Of a DNA stretch of 64,000 bases, positions 1-13,329 are shown one piece after another. Every line of letters starts with the position of its first letter. Position 1 is the stretch's first letter. The stretch spans positions 113,648,001 through 113,712,000 of the forward strand of contig NC_086097.1 of assembly GCF_963921235.1 (NCBI RefSeq), given 5' to 3'. The DNA is from Mobula hypostoma. Lineage: Eukaryota. The position numbers were made by a program, and so were the translations under genes. Under the pieces are notes generated by a model. The model saw only the letters and a list, made by a program, of their open reading frames with translations, was not told where the DNA came from and did no database searches.

Positions 1-254
1 TATCTTCCTTTTTTTTTCTGTTGGATCATATATTTAACATACAACATGATTCCACAACACAGTACTAATCTGTTGCAAAGACTGCATCACCCCAACAGAT
101 CCTTTTTGCTTTGTTAGAATTATTTTTTTTTACAAAAATGTAAGATTAAATGAAGCACAAGCATTTGAACTGAGGGGAGTGAGAAAAGCTATAGCAAAGC
201 CTGATTCTACCCTTTTGCATCTGATACACATTCAGTTCAAATAATAACAGCATA

Positions 255-3200
255 AAACCATAAGACATAGGAGCAGAATTAGGCTATTTGACCCATTAAG
301 TCTGCTCTGTCATTCAATCATGGCTGACCCTTTTTTCCGCTCCTCAACCCCATTCCCTGGCCTTCTTCCCATAACCTTTGATGCCGTGTCCAATCAATCT
401 CTGCCTTAAATGCACCCAATGACCTGGCCTCCATAGCTGCCTGTGGTAACAAATTCCACAAATTCACCACCCTCTGGCTAAAGAACTTTCTCTGCATCTC
501 TGTTTTCAATGGATGCCCCTCTATCCTGAGGATGTGCCCTCTTGTCCTAGATTCCCCCACCATGGGAAACATCCTTTCCACATCTAATCAATCTAGGCTT
601 TTTGGTATTCAAAAGCTTTCAATGAGATCTCTCCTCATCCTTCTAAATTCCAAGCAGTACAGACGTAGAGCCATCAAACATTCCTCGTATGATAACCTTT
701 TCATTCCTGCAATCATCCGTGTGAACCTCCTTTGAACCCTCTCCAATGCTAGCACATCTTTTCTTAGATAAGGAGCCCAAAACTGTTCACAATATTCAAG
801 GTGAGGGACTCATCAGTGCCTTATAAAGCCTTAGCTCACACCCCTGCTCTTGTATACAAGCCCTCTTGAAATGAATGCTAACATTGCATTTGCCTTCCTC
901 ACCACAGACTTAACCTGAAAGTTAATCTTTAGAGTGTTCTGAACAAGGATTCCCAAGTCCCTTTGCATCTCAGGTTTTTGGATTTTCTCCCTGTTTAGAA
1001 AATTGTCTGCACATTTATTTCTTCTACCAATGTGCATGACCATGCATTTTCCAATATTGTATTTCACTTGCCACTTTCTTGCCCATTCTCCTAACTCCTT
1101 CTTCAGCCTACCTGTTTCCTCAACACAATCTGTCCCACTGCCAATCTTCGTATGATCTGCAAACTTGGCAACAAAGCCATCTATTCCATCATCTAAATCA
1201 TTGATGTACAGCATAAAAAGAAGTGGTCCCAACACCGCTCCCTGTGGAACACCACTAGTCACTGACAGCCAACCAGACAAGGATCCTTTTATTCCGACTT
1301 GCTGTCTCCTACCAATCAGCCAATGCTCTAACCATGTTAGTAAGTTTACTGTAATACCATGGTCTCTTAACCTGATAAGCAGCCTCATATGTAGCACTTT
1401 GTCAAAGGTCTTCTAAAAGTCCAAATATACAACATCCACTGCATCCTCTTTATCTAACCTACTTGTAATCTCCTCAAAGAATTCCTACAGGCTTGTCAGA
1501 CAAGATTTTCCCTTAAGGAAACCATGCTGACTTCATCCTATCTATTCTTATGTCACCAAGTACTCCATAACCTCATCCTTAACAATTGACTCTAACATCT
1601 CCCAAACACTGAGGTCAGGCTAAATAGTCCATAATTTCTTTTCTGCTGCCTTCCTCATTTCTTAAAGAGTGGAGTGACCTTTGCAATTTTCCAGTCCTCT
1701 GGCACCTTGTCAGAGTCCAATGATTTTTGAAAGATCTTTTCTAATGCCTCCATATTTTCTACTGCTACCTCTTTCAGAACCCTAGGGTGCAGTTCGTCTG
1801 GTCCGGGTGACTTATATACCCTTAGGTCTTTAAACTTTTTGAGCACCTTCTCCCTTGTAATAGTAACTGCACTCACTTCTCTTCCTTCACACACTACAAC
1901 ATCTGGCACACTGTTAGTATATTCGACAGTGAAGATTGATGCAAAATACTCATTTAGTTCACCTGCCATCTCCTTGTCCCCCATTATTATCTCTCCTGCC
2001 TCATTTCTGAGTGGTCCTATATCCACTCTCATCTCTCTTTTATTTTTTACATACTTGAAAAAGTTTTTACAATCCACTTTGGTATTGTTTACTAGCTTGC
2101 TTTCATATTTCATCTTTTCCCTTCTAATGATTCTTTTAGTTGCTCTCTGTAGGTTTTTAAAAGCTTCTCAGACCAATATCTTCCCACTAATTTTTCCTTT
2201 GTTATATGCCTTCTCTTTTGTTTTTACATTAGCTTTGACTTCTCTTGTCAGCAATGGTTGTACTATTTTGCCATTTCGGTATTTCTTCGTTTTTGGAATA
2301 AATCTGTCCTGTATCTTACTCATTTTCCCCAGAAACTCACGTCATTGCTGCTCTGCTGTCATCCCTGCCAGCAGCTCCTTCCAATTTACTTTGTCCAACT
2401 CCTCTCTCATACCACTGTAATTTCCTTTACTCCACTGAAATACTGCTATGTCAGACTTTACTTTCTCCCTATCAAGTTTCGAGTTGAACTCGGTCATGTT
2501 GTGATAACTGGCTCCCAAGGGTTCTTTTACCTTAAGCTCCCTAATCGCCTCCAGTTCATTACATAGCACCTAATCTAGTATAGCTGATCCCCTAGTAGGC
2601 TCAACAACAAACTGCACTAAAAAGCCATCTTGTAGGGATTCAACAAACTCACTCTCTTGAGATTCATACTGGATGAACTGGGCTTGTACTCGTTGGAATT
2701 TAGAAGATTGAGGGGGGATCTGATTGAAACGTATAAAATCCTAAAGGGATTGGACAGGCTAGATGCAGGAAGGTTGTTCCCGATGTTGGGGAAGTCCAGA
2801 ACAAGGGGTCACAGTTTGAGGATAAAGGGGAAGCCTTTTAGGACCGAGATTAGGAAAAACTTCTTCACACAGAGAGTGGTGAATCTGTGGAATTCTCTGT
2901 CACAGGAAACTGTTGAGGCCAGTTCATTGGCTATATTTAAGAGGGAGTTAGATATGGCCCTTGTGGCTACGGGGATCAGGGGGTATGGAGGGAAGGCTGG
3001 GGCGGGGTTCTGAGTTGGATGATCAGCCATGATCATAATAAATGGCGGTGCAGGCTCGAAGGGCCAAATGGCCTACTCCTGCACCTATTTTCTATGTTTC
3101 TATGTTTCTATAACATTGCCCTTTTGACACGCCTTTTCTATTTCCTGTTGTAATCAGTGGCCCACCTCCCAGCTACTGATGGGAGGCCTGTATATAACTG

Positions 3201-4400
3201 CCATCATCGTCCTTTTACCCTTGCAGTTTCTTAATTCAACCCACAAGGATTCAACATCTTCCGATCCCATGTCACATCTTTCCATTGAATTGATGCTATT
3301 CTTTACCAGCAGAACCACGCCACCCCCTCTGCCTACTTCCCTATCCTTCTGATACAGCATGTAACCTTGGACATCCAGCTCCCAACTACAACCATCCTTC
3401 AGCCATTATTCAGTGATGACCACAACATCATACCTGACAAGATCATCCACTTGATTGTTTATACTCTGTGCATTGAGATGCAACACTTTGAGTACTGTTT
3501 TTCTACCCTTTTTGATTCTGCATCCTTAACGCACTGATGCTTAACCTGCTGGTTGCAATTTTGTCCTACATTCTGCCTGCCCTTCCTAACAGTCTGACTG
3601 CACACTATCTTTGCTTTTTTTTACCATCCATCCTATTCTGAGTCCCCTCATTCCGGTTCTCAGCCCCCTGCCAAATTAGTTTAAACCCTCCGCAACAGCT
3701 CTAACCAACCTGCCTGCGAGGCTATTGGTCCCCCTCAGGTTCAGGTGCAACCTGTCCCTTTTGAACAGGTCATACCTCCCCCAGAAGAGATCCCAATGAT
3801 CAAAGAGCCTGAAGCCCTGCCTCCTGCACCAGCTTCTCAGCCACGCACATTTCTGCCAAATCATCTTGTTTCTTCTGTCACTGGTGCATGGCACAGGTAG
3901 CAATCCATAAATTACTATCCTAGAGGTCCTGTTTCTCAGCTTTCTAAATTCTCTCTTCAGGACCCCATGGATTTTCCTTCATATGTCATTGGTACCAATA
4001 TGTACCAAGACATCTGTCTGCTCTCCTTCCCTCTCTAAAATGTTGTGGACATTATCCGAGATGACCCTGACCCTGGCACCTGGGAGGCAACATACCATCT
4101 GGGTGTCCTGTTCACGTCCACAGAATCTCCTGTCTGTTCCCCTAACTATTGAGTCTCCTATCACTACTGTTTCCCTCTTCCCCCTCTTTACCTTCTGCAC
4201 CACAGACCAATGCTCAGTGCCAGTAACCTGGTCTCCGTGGCATTCCCCTGGGAGGTCATTCCCCACAACTGTATCCAAAGCACTATACTTATTCTTGCGG
4301 GGAATGGCCATAGGAGTGCTCTGCACTAACCACCTATTTACATTTCCATTTCTCCTGATAGTCACCCAGCTACTTGCCTCCTGCAACTTCAGGGTAATAT
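255..4400 (-). mobile_element. Near-full-length decayed CR1 LINE (ORF1 SGNH esterase, APE endonuclease, RT), interrupted by a younger CR1 at 2668-3110
   Basis: ORF1 motifs VIGDSIVRG/HIGTND (3979-4413) and DRLHLN (3676-3903); EN fragment 3154-3360 (ESLWVELRN); RT fragments KSPGPDELHPRVLKE, SGVPQGAVLGPLLF, KFADHTK; CR1 3' end near 255; many stops and frameshifts. Confidence 0.93.
2668..3110 (+). mobile_element. Young 5'-truncated CR1 3' fragment nested in the older CR1
   Basis: ORF 2657-3013 ([20 protein letters not shown]...FFTQRVVNLWNSL); ends in a (TTTCTATG)n tail. Confidence 0.93.
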
Positions 4401-4797
4401 CCAATGTTAGCAATCAACAATGGAAAGCAGGCTGACTCTTACCTCCTTTCAAATTAATTTGATCACCTCTACCATTTTCCTACCTGCTACAATTCCTCTA
4501 AGTGGGAAGAGATAAGTTTATCAGGAGTTATACACTGGATAACCAGCTGTTTAAATTTATTTAGTTTAACCAGCTAACTGATACAATATTAAACTTCTTA
4601 CAGCACATATAACTTTGAACTGATGGGGAATAACTCTGGGATCTAAACTGTTAGACAAAGAAGGGAACCTTTTCAGCAGAGTAGGTATAAGTTGGTTGAT
4701 AACTCTGGGGCTGCACTGATTAGGTATTTAAAAGTCACTTATTCTTGCAGGACAATTTCACGGGAATTATGGTACCCTGTTGTTCATAATGATTCAT

Positions 4798-5410
4798 GAT
4801 TTAAAGTTCAAAGTTCGAAGTAAATTTATTATCAATGTACATATGTGTCAGATAAACAACCCCGAGATTCATTTTCTTGCCGGCATTCACAGTAAACACA
4901 AGAAACACAATAGAATCAATGAAAGACCGCCCCCCACAGGATGGATGACCAATCAATGTGCAAAAGACAACAAATTGTGCTAGTACAAAATGAAAGATAA
5001 AACAATAATAATAATTAATAAATAAGCAATAAATATTGAGAACATGAGGTGAGGAGTCTTTGAAAATGAGTCCATAGGTTGGGGGAGCAGTTCAGTGATA
5101 GAATGAGTGAAGTTATTCCCTCTGGTTCAAGAACTTGATAGTTGAGGGGTAGTACCTGTTTCTGAACCTGGTGGTGTGGGCCCTGAGGCTCTTGTACCAT
5201 CTTCCTGATGGCAGCAATGAGAAGAGAAAATGGTCTGTCTTGTGGGAGTCCTTGATGATGGATGCTGCTTTCCTGCGACAACACCCCATGCAGATGTGCT
5301 CAATGGTGGGGAGGGCTTAACCCATTATGGACTGGGCTGCACCTACTCCTAGTGGGCATTTTCATTCAAGGCATTGGTGTTTCCATACCAGACCATGATG
5401 CAATCAGACA
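4798..5410 (-). mobile_element. Rex1/Babar-type LINE 3' fragment
   Basis: Minus strand encodes a decayed KAASIIKD..LFSLLPSGRRY..FRN.Y.PSTI C-terminus followed by the 3' tail. Confidence 0.75.
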
Positions 5411-5611
5411 ATATATGCATTCAAAAATTATTTGGTAATCAAACCTGAATACAAAGAAACAGTGGAGTACTATTTTCTATTTTGGGCCATTGAAAACTTT
5501 GAGTCTATTTTTAATTTCACTTTTCCCTCTTATTATGCACTAATATTCATTCCATTTCTGAGAGATCACGATGCTTATCTTGTGGCAAAATGCAAAGAAA
5601 TTCAGTGTGTC

Positions 5612-5797
5612 ACAAGCAAGAGAAAATCTGCAGATGCTGGAAATCCGAGCAACACACACAAAATGCTGGAGGAACTCAGCAGGCCAGGCTGCATCGATGG
5701 AAAGAAGTACAGTCGACGTTTCGGGCCGAAATGTTGAGTGTACTTTTTTCCATAGATACTGCCTGGCCTGCTGAGTTCCATCAGCATGTTGTGTGTG
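5612..5797. repeat. Palindromic Penelope-like terminal repeat (two inverted pLTR ends)
   Basis: Arms ~5653-5724 and 5726-5797 are reverse complements around a 1-nt centre; sequence matches the other Penelope termini in the window. Confidence 0.85.
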
Positions 5798-5945
5798 AAA
5801 TTCAGGGTGTATTGGCTGAAGCATAATTTTGGGAGATATGCAGAATAGCTACCTGTAAATTTAAAGTCTTATGCACTCAACAGAGTTTCATTCATTTGAA
5901 GTATGATTGCTACCTGAGCTTATACCTTTCATATTTCTCTTCTAT

Positions 5946-7524
5946 GTACCTAATAAAGTGGCCACTGACTCTATTTCTGTATGTTGGTGGCCTTCTGCTG
6001 CTGCTGCCCATACACTTCAAGGTTTTACATTCAGAGCGGCTCTTCTGCACACCACTGGTGTAGCGCATGGTTATTGAAGTTACTCTCACCCTCCTGTCAG
6101 CTTGAACCAGTCTGGCCGTTCTCCTCTGACCTCTCTCATTAATAAGGCATTTTTGCTCACAGAACTACTGCTCACTGGATGTTTTTTTTCTTGCACCATC
6201 CACAGAGGTCAAAGAGTGGTTGTAGACGGGTCGTATTCTGCATGGAGGCCGGTGACCAGTGGTGTGCCTCAGGGATCTGTTCTGGGACCCCTACTCTTTG
6301 TGATTTTTATAAATGACCTGGATGGAGAGATGGGTTAGTAAATTTGCTGATGACACAAAGATGGGGGTGTTGTGGATAGTGTGGAGGGCTGTCAGAGGTT
6401 ACAGCGGTACATTGATAGGTTGCAAGACTGGGCTGAGAAGTGGCAGATGGAGATCAACCCAAATAAGTGTGAGGTGGTTCATTTTGGTAGGTCAAATATG
6501 ATGACAGAAGATAGCATTAATGGTAAGACTCTTGGCAGTGTGGAGGATCAGAGGGATCTTGGAGTCTGAGTCCATAGGACACTCAAAGCTCCTATGCAGG
6601 ATGACTCTGTGGTTAAGAAGGCATACAGAGCATTGGCCTTCAGCAATTGTGGGATTGAGTTTAAGAGCTGAGAGGTAATGTAACAGCTATATAGGAGCCT
6701 GGTCAAACCCCACTTGGAGTATTGTGCTCAGTTCTGGACGTGGAAACCATAGAAAGGGTGCAAAGGAAATTTACAAGGATGTTGCCTGGATTGGGGAGCA
6801 TGTCTTATGAGGATAGGTTGAGCGAACTCGGCCTTTTCTCCTTGGAGCGACGGAGGATGAGAGGTGACCTGATAGAGGTGTACAAGATGATGAGAGGCAT
6901 TGGTCATGTGGATAGTCAGAAGCTTTTTCCCAGGGCTGAAATGGCTAGCACGAGAGGGCATAGTTTTAAAGCGCTTGGAAGTAGGTACAGAGGAGATGTC
7001 AGGGGTAAGTTTTTTTACGCAGAGATTGGTAAGTGCGTGGAATGGGCTGCCGGCAGTGGTGGTGGAGGTGGAAGTGATAGGGTCTTTTAAGAGACTCCTG
7101 GATGGATACATGGAGCTTAGAAAAATGGAGAGCCACGGGTAAGCCTAGGTAGTTCTAAGGTAATGACATGTTTTGCACAGCTTTGTGGGCAGAAAGGCCT
7201 GTATTGTGCTATAGGTTTTCTATGTTTCTATGCTTCTATCCTCTATGAGCTCTCACAACTGTTGGGCATGAAAATCCCAGGAGATCAGCCATTTTTGAGA
7301 TACTCAAACCAGCCCATCTGGCACCAGCAATCATTCCATGGACAGTCACTTAGATCACATTTCTTCCCAATTCAGATGTTTGGTCTGAACAACAACTGAA
7401 ATTTTGACCATGTCTGCAGACTTCTATGCATTGAGTTGCCTCCATATGATTGGCTTATAATAAATTATTTGCATTAATGAGCAGGTGTATAGGTGTACGT
7501 AACAAAGTGGTCACTGAGAGTGTA
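5946..7524 (+). mobile_element. Tc1-like MITE split by a CR1 insertion
   Basis: TIR-type gtacctaataaagtggccactga at 5946 and ~7496-7518; body is colinear with copies at 13330, 35564 and 47611 once 6201-7240 is removed. Confidence 0.8.
6201..7240 (+). mobile_element. CR1 3' fragment (RT C-terminus plus tail)
   Basis: [36 protein letters not shown]; (TTTCTATG)n tail. Confidence 0.92.
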
Positions 7525-7764
7525 TGTTTCAACAGAAAAGTGGTGGCCCAGAGCCAATTAGAGTGCTGCAATTCATGTCATGGTCTATTATAAATGAGCA
7601 CTCCACAATCTCAAAATCATCCATTTTATTTTTCAGGTTTCGGTCAGATGAAGTATAGTGGGAGAAGCATTATTGTTGTTGCAGTTTACATCCTCTTTAT
7701 AAGCAAAAAAGCTCATGGCTCCTTCTAAAGTGTCATTTCAGAATAACTGTCCTCTGGCAGTGTT

Positions 7765-8235
7765 CAAGATGCAAGTGTGTACTGGGGCCAGCCCGCACGT
7801 ATCTCCCCACATTCCGGCACCAACGTAGCATACCCACAATGCTCAGCAGAAAAACACAGGACACAACAAGCAACAAAGCAACAACAACATAACAAGCCCT
7901 GGTTCTCCCTTCCACCCACACACACGAAGCTGTCCACTAACCCCAAGACAGGCCTTCTTCTTCAGCCTCTAGCCTCTTAGCAGACTTGGACAAGCAGACA
8001 TGTGGGCCTTTGACTACACCAGCGGACTTGCAGAGAGCAGTGGACCTGAGGCTCCAGCCAAATGAGCCTTGACTTCTGGACTTCCATTTCGATCCTCTGG
8101 CCTGGATTCTCGGGATCATCCCCAGCCCCTGCCGATCACCCAACACTGGGCTCTAAACTCTGAACTCTGCTGATGGGATCCTGAGCACTAGGTTTTGAAT
8201 TCTGGTCTCATTGATTCATGAACCCAGGGGGTCAT
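7765..8235 (-). repeat. Non-autonomous interspersed repeat (SINE/Rex-tail related)
   Basis: Shares a segment with 10625-10810 and with V-SINE 3' halves (gctatgttggtgccggaatgtg...); no coding capacity. Confidence 0.4.
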
Positions 8236-8469
8236 ATCTCAGTAATGTTGATAATTTGGCATTTTTAGGATCCTCTGATATTAACCTTGTGCACCCCACA
8301 GCACCCCAGAGGAATTTGTATTACTTTTGCATGTTAAGCAACTGATTAATTCCAATGGAAATGTAAAAAGAGCAGTGTAACAAATGCCTCATAATTAGCT
8401 GAGTTTCTGCTGATTCCACAGCAGATTCACGTTACATCAGCAATAACGCTACACAGATTTAGAATGATA

Positions 8470-9090
8470 ATGCAGTGAGTACAGGAGTTGGGATGTTATG
8501 TTGAAAATGTGCAAGACATTGGCAAGGCCTGATTTGGATTATTGTGTGCAGTTCAGATCAGCTCACTTATCTACAAGAAATATATCAATAAGATTGAATG
8601 AGTGCAGAGAAAATTAACGAGGATGTTGCGAGGAATTGATGACCTGAGTTGTAGGGAAAGGTTAAACAGGTTAGGACTTTAATCCCTGGAGTGTAGGAGA
8701 ATGAGGGGAGATTTGATATAAGTATACAAAATCATGAGGTGTATAGATAGGATAAATGTAAGCTGGCTTTTTCCCATTGAGGTTGTGTGAGACTGGAACT
8801 AGAGGTAGTAGGTTAAGGGTGAAAGGTGAAGTATTTAAAGGAAACCGAAGGAGGAACTTCTTCACTCAGGGGGTGGAAAGAGTGTGGAACGAGCAACTAG
8901 CAGAAGTGGTAGATGCGGGTTTGATTTCAGCATTTAAGAGACATTTAGCTAAGCACATGCTTGGAAGGGATATGGAGGGCTATGGTTCAGGAGCAGGTTG
9001 ATGGGACTAGGTGGAATAGCAGTTTGGAACAGACTAGATGGGCCGAAGGACATGTTTCTGTGCTGTAGTGCTCTATAACTCTGACTCCAT
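8470..9090 (+). mobile_element. Old CR1 3' fragment
   Basis: TRGSRLRVKGEVFKGNRRRNFFTQGVERVWNE; ctctataactctgactc tail. Confidence 0.85.
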
Positions 9091-9479
9091 CAAATAAAGA
9101 TTTTTTTTCATCTCTAAAATGATAAAAATCAGACAATCAGGGTAGCAGCACTATCTTCTCTGATCAGCAAAGGAACACTGATACAAAGCAATGAAATTCA
9201 GCTCTGTGTTCAGCGACAGTAGCTTTCTCTGCATTCAGTCAGCATCAGCATCATAATAGTGTCAAAATGAGCTATTCTTTTTATTATTACGGGAAGTGGG
9301 TGTCAGCCAGCGTTTATTGCAGTTCTCAGTTCCTTCTGAGAAGGTCGTGCTGAGTCACCTTCTTGAATGCCAGTAGTCCTTCTGGTGAAGTTACACACCA
9401 ACAGTGCTGCCAAATAAGAAGTTTCAGGATTCAAAGTCAAAATCGAAGTCCTGGGCCGGGCACATCTATGCAGTCACAA

Positions 9480-9990
9480 CAGTCAGGATACTTTCAACAG
9501 ACTGGTTGCATGCTAGACTGGGACGGCAATTCAGATGCACAGGAATGTGGACTCAGCCCAATACATCACAGGCACATGCCTTCTAATCACACTGCCCCAG
9601 CAACCCCCGACAACCACCATTTTACCCTAACCTGATCACGGGAAAATTTACAATGATCAGTAAACCTTCCCGGTACGTCTCTGGACCGTGGAGGAAACCG
9701 GAGAACCCACAGAAAAGCCATGCATTCCATGGGGAGGACCTACAGAGGCTCCATACACAATGGCACCAGAATTGGACTCTGAACTCTGGAACGCCCCGAG
9801 CTGTTGCGCTGCCCTGGCACCCATGTTGGTAGTATCTACAAGAGATGCTGCTTCTAGAAGGCAACATCTGTCCTCAAAGATCCCCATCATCTGGGCCAAG
9901 CCATCCTGAAGTCCAACACTATCAGGCTCAAGAACTTCCCTTCAACTACTTGTGTCTTGAGCCAACAGGCACCGTACCAGTTGCTAAGGT
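9480..9990 (+). mobile_element. Decayed Rex1/Babar fragment interrupted by a V-SINE
   Basis: TGC..WDGN-type segment before 9595; KATSVLKDPHHLGQA segment after 9822. Confidence 0.55.
9595..9822 (-). mobile_element. V-SINE (HE1/DANA-like)
   Basis: Reverse complement of the V core gggtttcctccgg..ctccggtttcctcc.cagtccaaagacgt, with a tRNA-like head. Confidence 0.75.
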
Positions 9991-10214
9991 TCAGCAAAAC
10001 TATGATCACCTTGATTACTTTGCACCACAGTTTACTTGTTCTGAGTCTGGCCGTGTTCTTTCAGTTAAAAAAAAAGTATACAATTTATGTCCACTGCTCT
10101 CTGCATCACGTTGCTACACGTTTGAATTGCCAGACCAGACCATGATGCAACCAGTCAGGATACTTTCAATGCAGAAATTTATGTTTTGCACTATCCAGAT
10201 AGATTAGGCCACAC

Positions 10215-10620
10215 ATAAGCAGTTTGTACAGAGTTCCAAGTGCATTTATTATCAAAGTAAGTATACAGTATATAACCCTGAGATTCATCTTTCTCACAGT
10301 CAGCCATGAAGCAAAGAAAAACCATGGAAACGGTTTAGAAAAAAACTTCAGCCCTGTCCAAAACAAAAAACAAATTGCGCAAATGGCATAAAGAAAGAGT
10401 GAAAAACAATATAAAACAGTAACCTACAAAGTCATTGAAACAGTCCAGGCATATTCAATTTCAGCTCAGCTCTAGTTCAATTAAACACCGTGTCATTCGT
10501 TATCTGTGGCTGCCCTGATCAAAATTGCCCAAAATAGCACCAGAAAAAGGAGTGATCAGGAACCAGAAACATATCATAACATGGACTGCAGAGTCCAATC
10601 CACAACCCCATTGATTAAAA
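10215..10620 (-). repeat. Non-autonomous element with a Rex1/Babar 3' tail
   Basis: Tail gaatctcagggttatatactgtatacttactttgataataaatgcact matches the Rex tail at 17680-17742. Confidence 0.55.
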
Positions 10621-10842
10621 TGGAGGAAAGATGCTTGTTTTGTCACTTGTAGTGTTCTGTGTTGTTCTGCTGAGCTTTGTGGCTATGCTAAGGTGTTGGA
10701 CTTGCGGCCTGCCTCCAGCATACACTCAGTTGTGTTGGTCGTTAATGCAAATGACAATTTCACTGTATGCTTCAATATACTCATAATAAATAAACTTTAG
10801 CCTTGAATCTTTGAAATATATCATTGTTCCCATTTAAATTCT

Positions 10843-11200
10843 ACTCCCATTCACATTCCTACATGTTAGTCCATGGCCTCCTCTTCTGCCACGAAGAAGT
10901 CACACTCAGGTTGGAGGAGTAACACCTTATATTCCATCTTGGTAGCCTCCAACCTGATGGCATGAACATCAATTTCTCAAACTTATGGTTTGTCCTCCCC
11001 CTTCACCATTCCCCATTCATGTTTCCCTCTCTCACCTTATCTCCTTACCTGCCCATCACCTCCCTCTGGTGCTCTTCCCCCTTCCCTTTTTTTCATAGTT
11101 TTCTACTTTCTCCTATCAGATTCCCCCTTCTCCAGACCTTTATCTCTTTCACAAATCAACTCCTCAGCTCCTTACTTCACCCCTCGCCCTCTCCCTCTGT
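10843..11200 (+). mobile_element. Penelope-like element fragment (GIY-YIG C-terminus plus pyrimidine-rich 3' region)
   Basis: Encodes VTLRLEE.HLIFHLGSLQPDGMNINFS, as in the copies at 23008, 44630 and 61040. Confidence 0.8.
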
Positions 11201-11678
11201 ACTAATATACTTTGGAGCATTGATGCCCATAGATTGCAGTTTTACCTTATTAAGTGAGATTGGCTTCATTTGAACAGGATTTTGCAGCCTTGTTTGAGGC
11301 ATATTGTGAAACCCGTGATGCTTCAATGTTGAATGTCATTATAGGTCAAAATTAGTTGCACGCTATGCCAGACAGCCAGATCTACATGCAATGAAACTAA
11401 ATAAAACTGTGTTTTAATATAACTATTGAGCTTTTATTCAGGGTTTGGGATTGTCACCCTCTTTCCACCACACCTAAACCGCAACTTGCATTATTTATAG
11501 CTGGCCTGACCACATACTGAGCCCTTAAAATGATCTGGCAAATTTGAAGCCGTGATTTTAAAGTGGAGTCTTTTCATCAAATGTCAAAGTTAATCTCAAA
11601 ATGATCAGCAAGCCTCTAGATGCTGGTGAGTAAAAGCCTTTGGAATCAGCTGCAATTTTTGAACCAATTGCATATATA

Positions 11679-13245
11679 CAGTGCCTATAAAAAGTATTCA
11701 CCCCCTTGGAAGTTTTCATTAAATCACAATGGATTTTATTTGACTTTTTTGACACTGAATAAAATAAAAAGACTCCTTCATATTAAAGTGAAAACAGACC
11801 TCTACTAAGTGATCTAAATTAATCAAAAACATAAAACACAAAATAATTGATTGTATAAGTATTCACACCCTTTAATATGACACACTAAATCATCACTGGT
11901 TTAGCCAATTTGTTTTAGAAGTCAGATAATTAGCTAAATGGAGATCACTGTGTGCGCTCAAGATGTTCCAATTGATTGCAGTGAAAATACACCGGAATCT
12001 GGAAGGTCCAACTGCTGGTGAGTCAGTATCCTGGCAAAGACTACACCATGAAGACAAAAAAAACACTCCAAGCAACTCTGCGCAAAGGTTATTGAAAAGC
12101 ACAGGTCAGGAGATGGATACAAGAAAATTTCCAAGTGAATATCCCTTGGAACGCAGTTGTCAATCGTCAAGAAATGGAAAGAATATGGCACAGCTGTAAA
12201 TCTGCTTAGAGCAGACTGCCCTCAATAACTGAGTGACCATGCAAGAAGGGGACTAGTGGTGGAGACTACTAAGAGACTGATGACAACTCTCGAGGAGTTA
12301 CAAACTTCAGTGGCTGAGATGGGGAGACTGCATAGACAACAACTGTTGCCCAGGGCTTCACCAGTCGCAGCTTTATGGGACAGTGGCAAGGAGAAAGCCA
12401 TTGTTGAAAAAAACTCACATAAAATCTTGCTAGAAGGCATATGGGAGACTCTGAAGTCAGCTGGAAGAAGGTTCTATGGTCTGCTGTAACCAAAACTGAG
12501 CTTGTTGGCCATCAGACTAAATGCTATGTTAGACGTAAGCCAAACACAGCACATCATCAAAAACACACCATCCCCTCCATGAAGCATGGTGTTGGGGATG
12601 CTTCACTGCAGCAGGCCCTGGAAGGCTTCTGAAGGTCGAGGGTAAAATGAATGCAGCAGGGAATGAATACAGGGAAATCTGATGCAGTCTACAAGAGAGC
12701 CTGCGATTCGGGAGAAAATTTGTTTTCCAGCAAGACAATGACCCCAAGCATAAAACCAAAGCTACACAAGAATGGTTTAAAAACAACAATGTTAATGTCC
12801 TGGAGTGGCCAAATCAGAGACAAGACCTCAAACCAGTTGAGATTTTGTGGCTGGACTTGGAAAAGGCTGTTCACTCACAATCCCCGTGCAATCTGACAGA
12901 GTTTGAGCAGTTTTGTAAAGAAAAATGAGGAAAAATTGCAGTTTCCAGATGTGCAAAGCTGATAGAGACCTACCCACACAGACTCAAGGCTGTAAATATT
13001 GCCAATGGTCCATCTACTAAATACTGACTTGCAGAGGGTGAGTAATTATGCAATCAGTTATTTTGTATTTAATAATTGTAATAAATTTGGACCAATTTGT
13101 AGAAATTTGTTTTCACCTTGACATGAAAGATTCTTTTCTGTTGATCAGTGTCAAAAAAGCTGAATTAAATCCACTGTGATTCAATGTTGTAAAACAATAA
13201 AACATGAACACTTCCAAGTGGGGTGAATTCTTTTTATAGGCACTG
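11679..13245 (+). mobile_element. Full-length Tc1-family DNA transposon with IR/DR-type TIRs and TA target duplication
   Basis: TA|cagtgcctataaaaagtattcaccc...gggtgaattctttttataggcactg|TA; ~200-bp inverted ends with an inner repeat (ataagtattcacaccc ~11855; gggtgagtaattatg ~13036). Confidence 0.95.
12048..13027 (+). pseudogene. Tc1 transposase pseudogene
   Basis: MKTK.HSKQL..KVIEKH.SGDGYKKISK start, WKKVLWS..TKTEL, FQQDNDPKH, WP.Q..DLN, ends ..STKY*; multiple frameshifts and stops. Confidence 0.9.
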
Positions 13246-13329
13246 TAAACATTTAACATGATTAATCTGCTTGTGATTTTTGATTTAGAATCCTGCAAAT
13301 CTCTCTCAGTTCATTATATTCTTATTATG

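Noticed and set aside
1839..2420. 193-aa hydrophobic ORF
   Set aside because: Antisense shadow of CR1 ORF2
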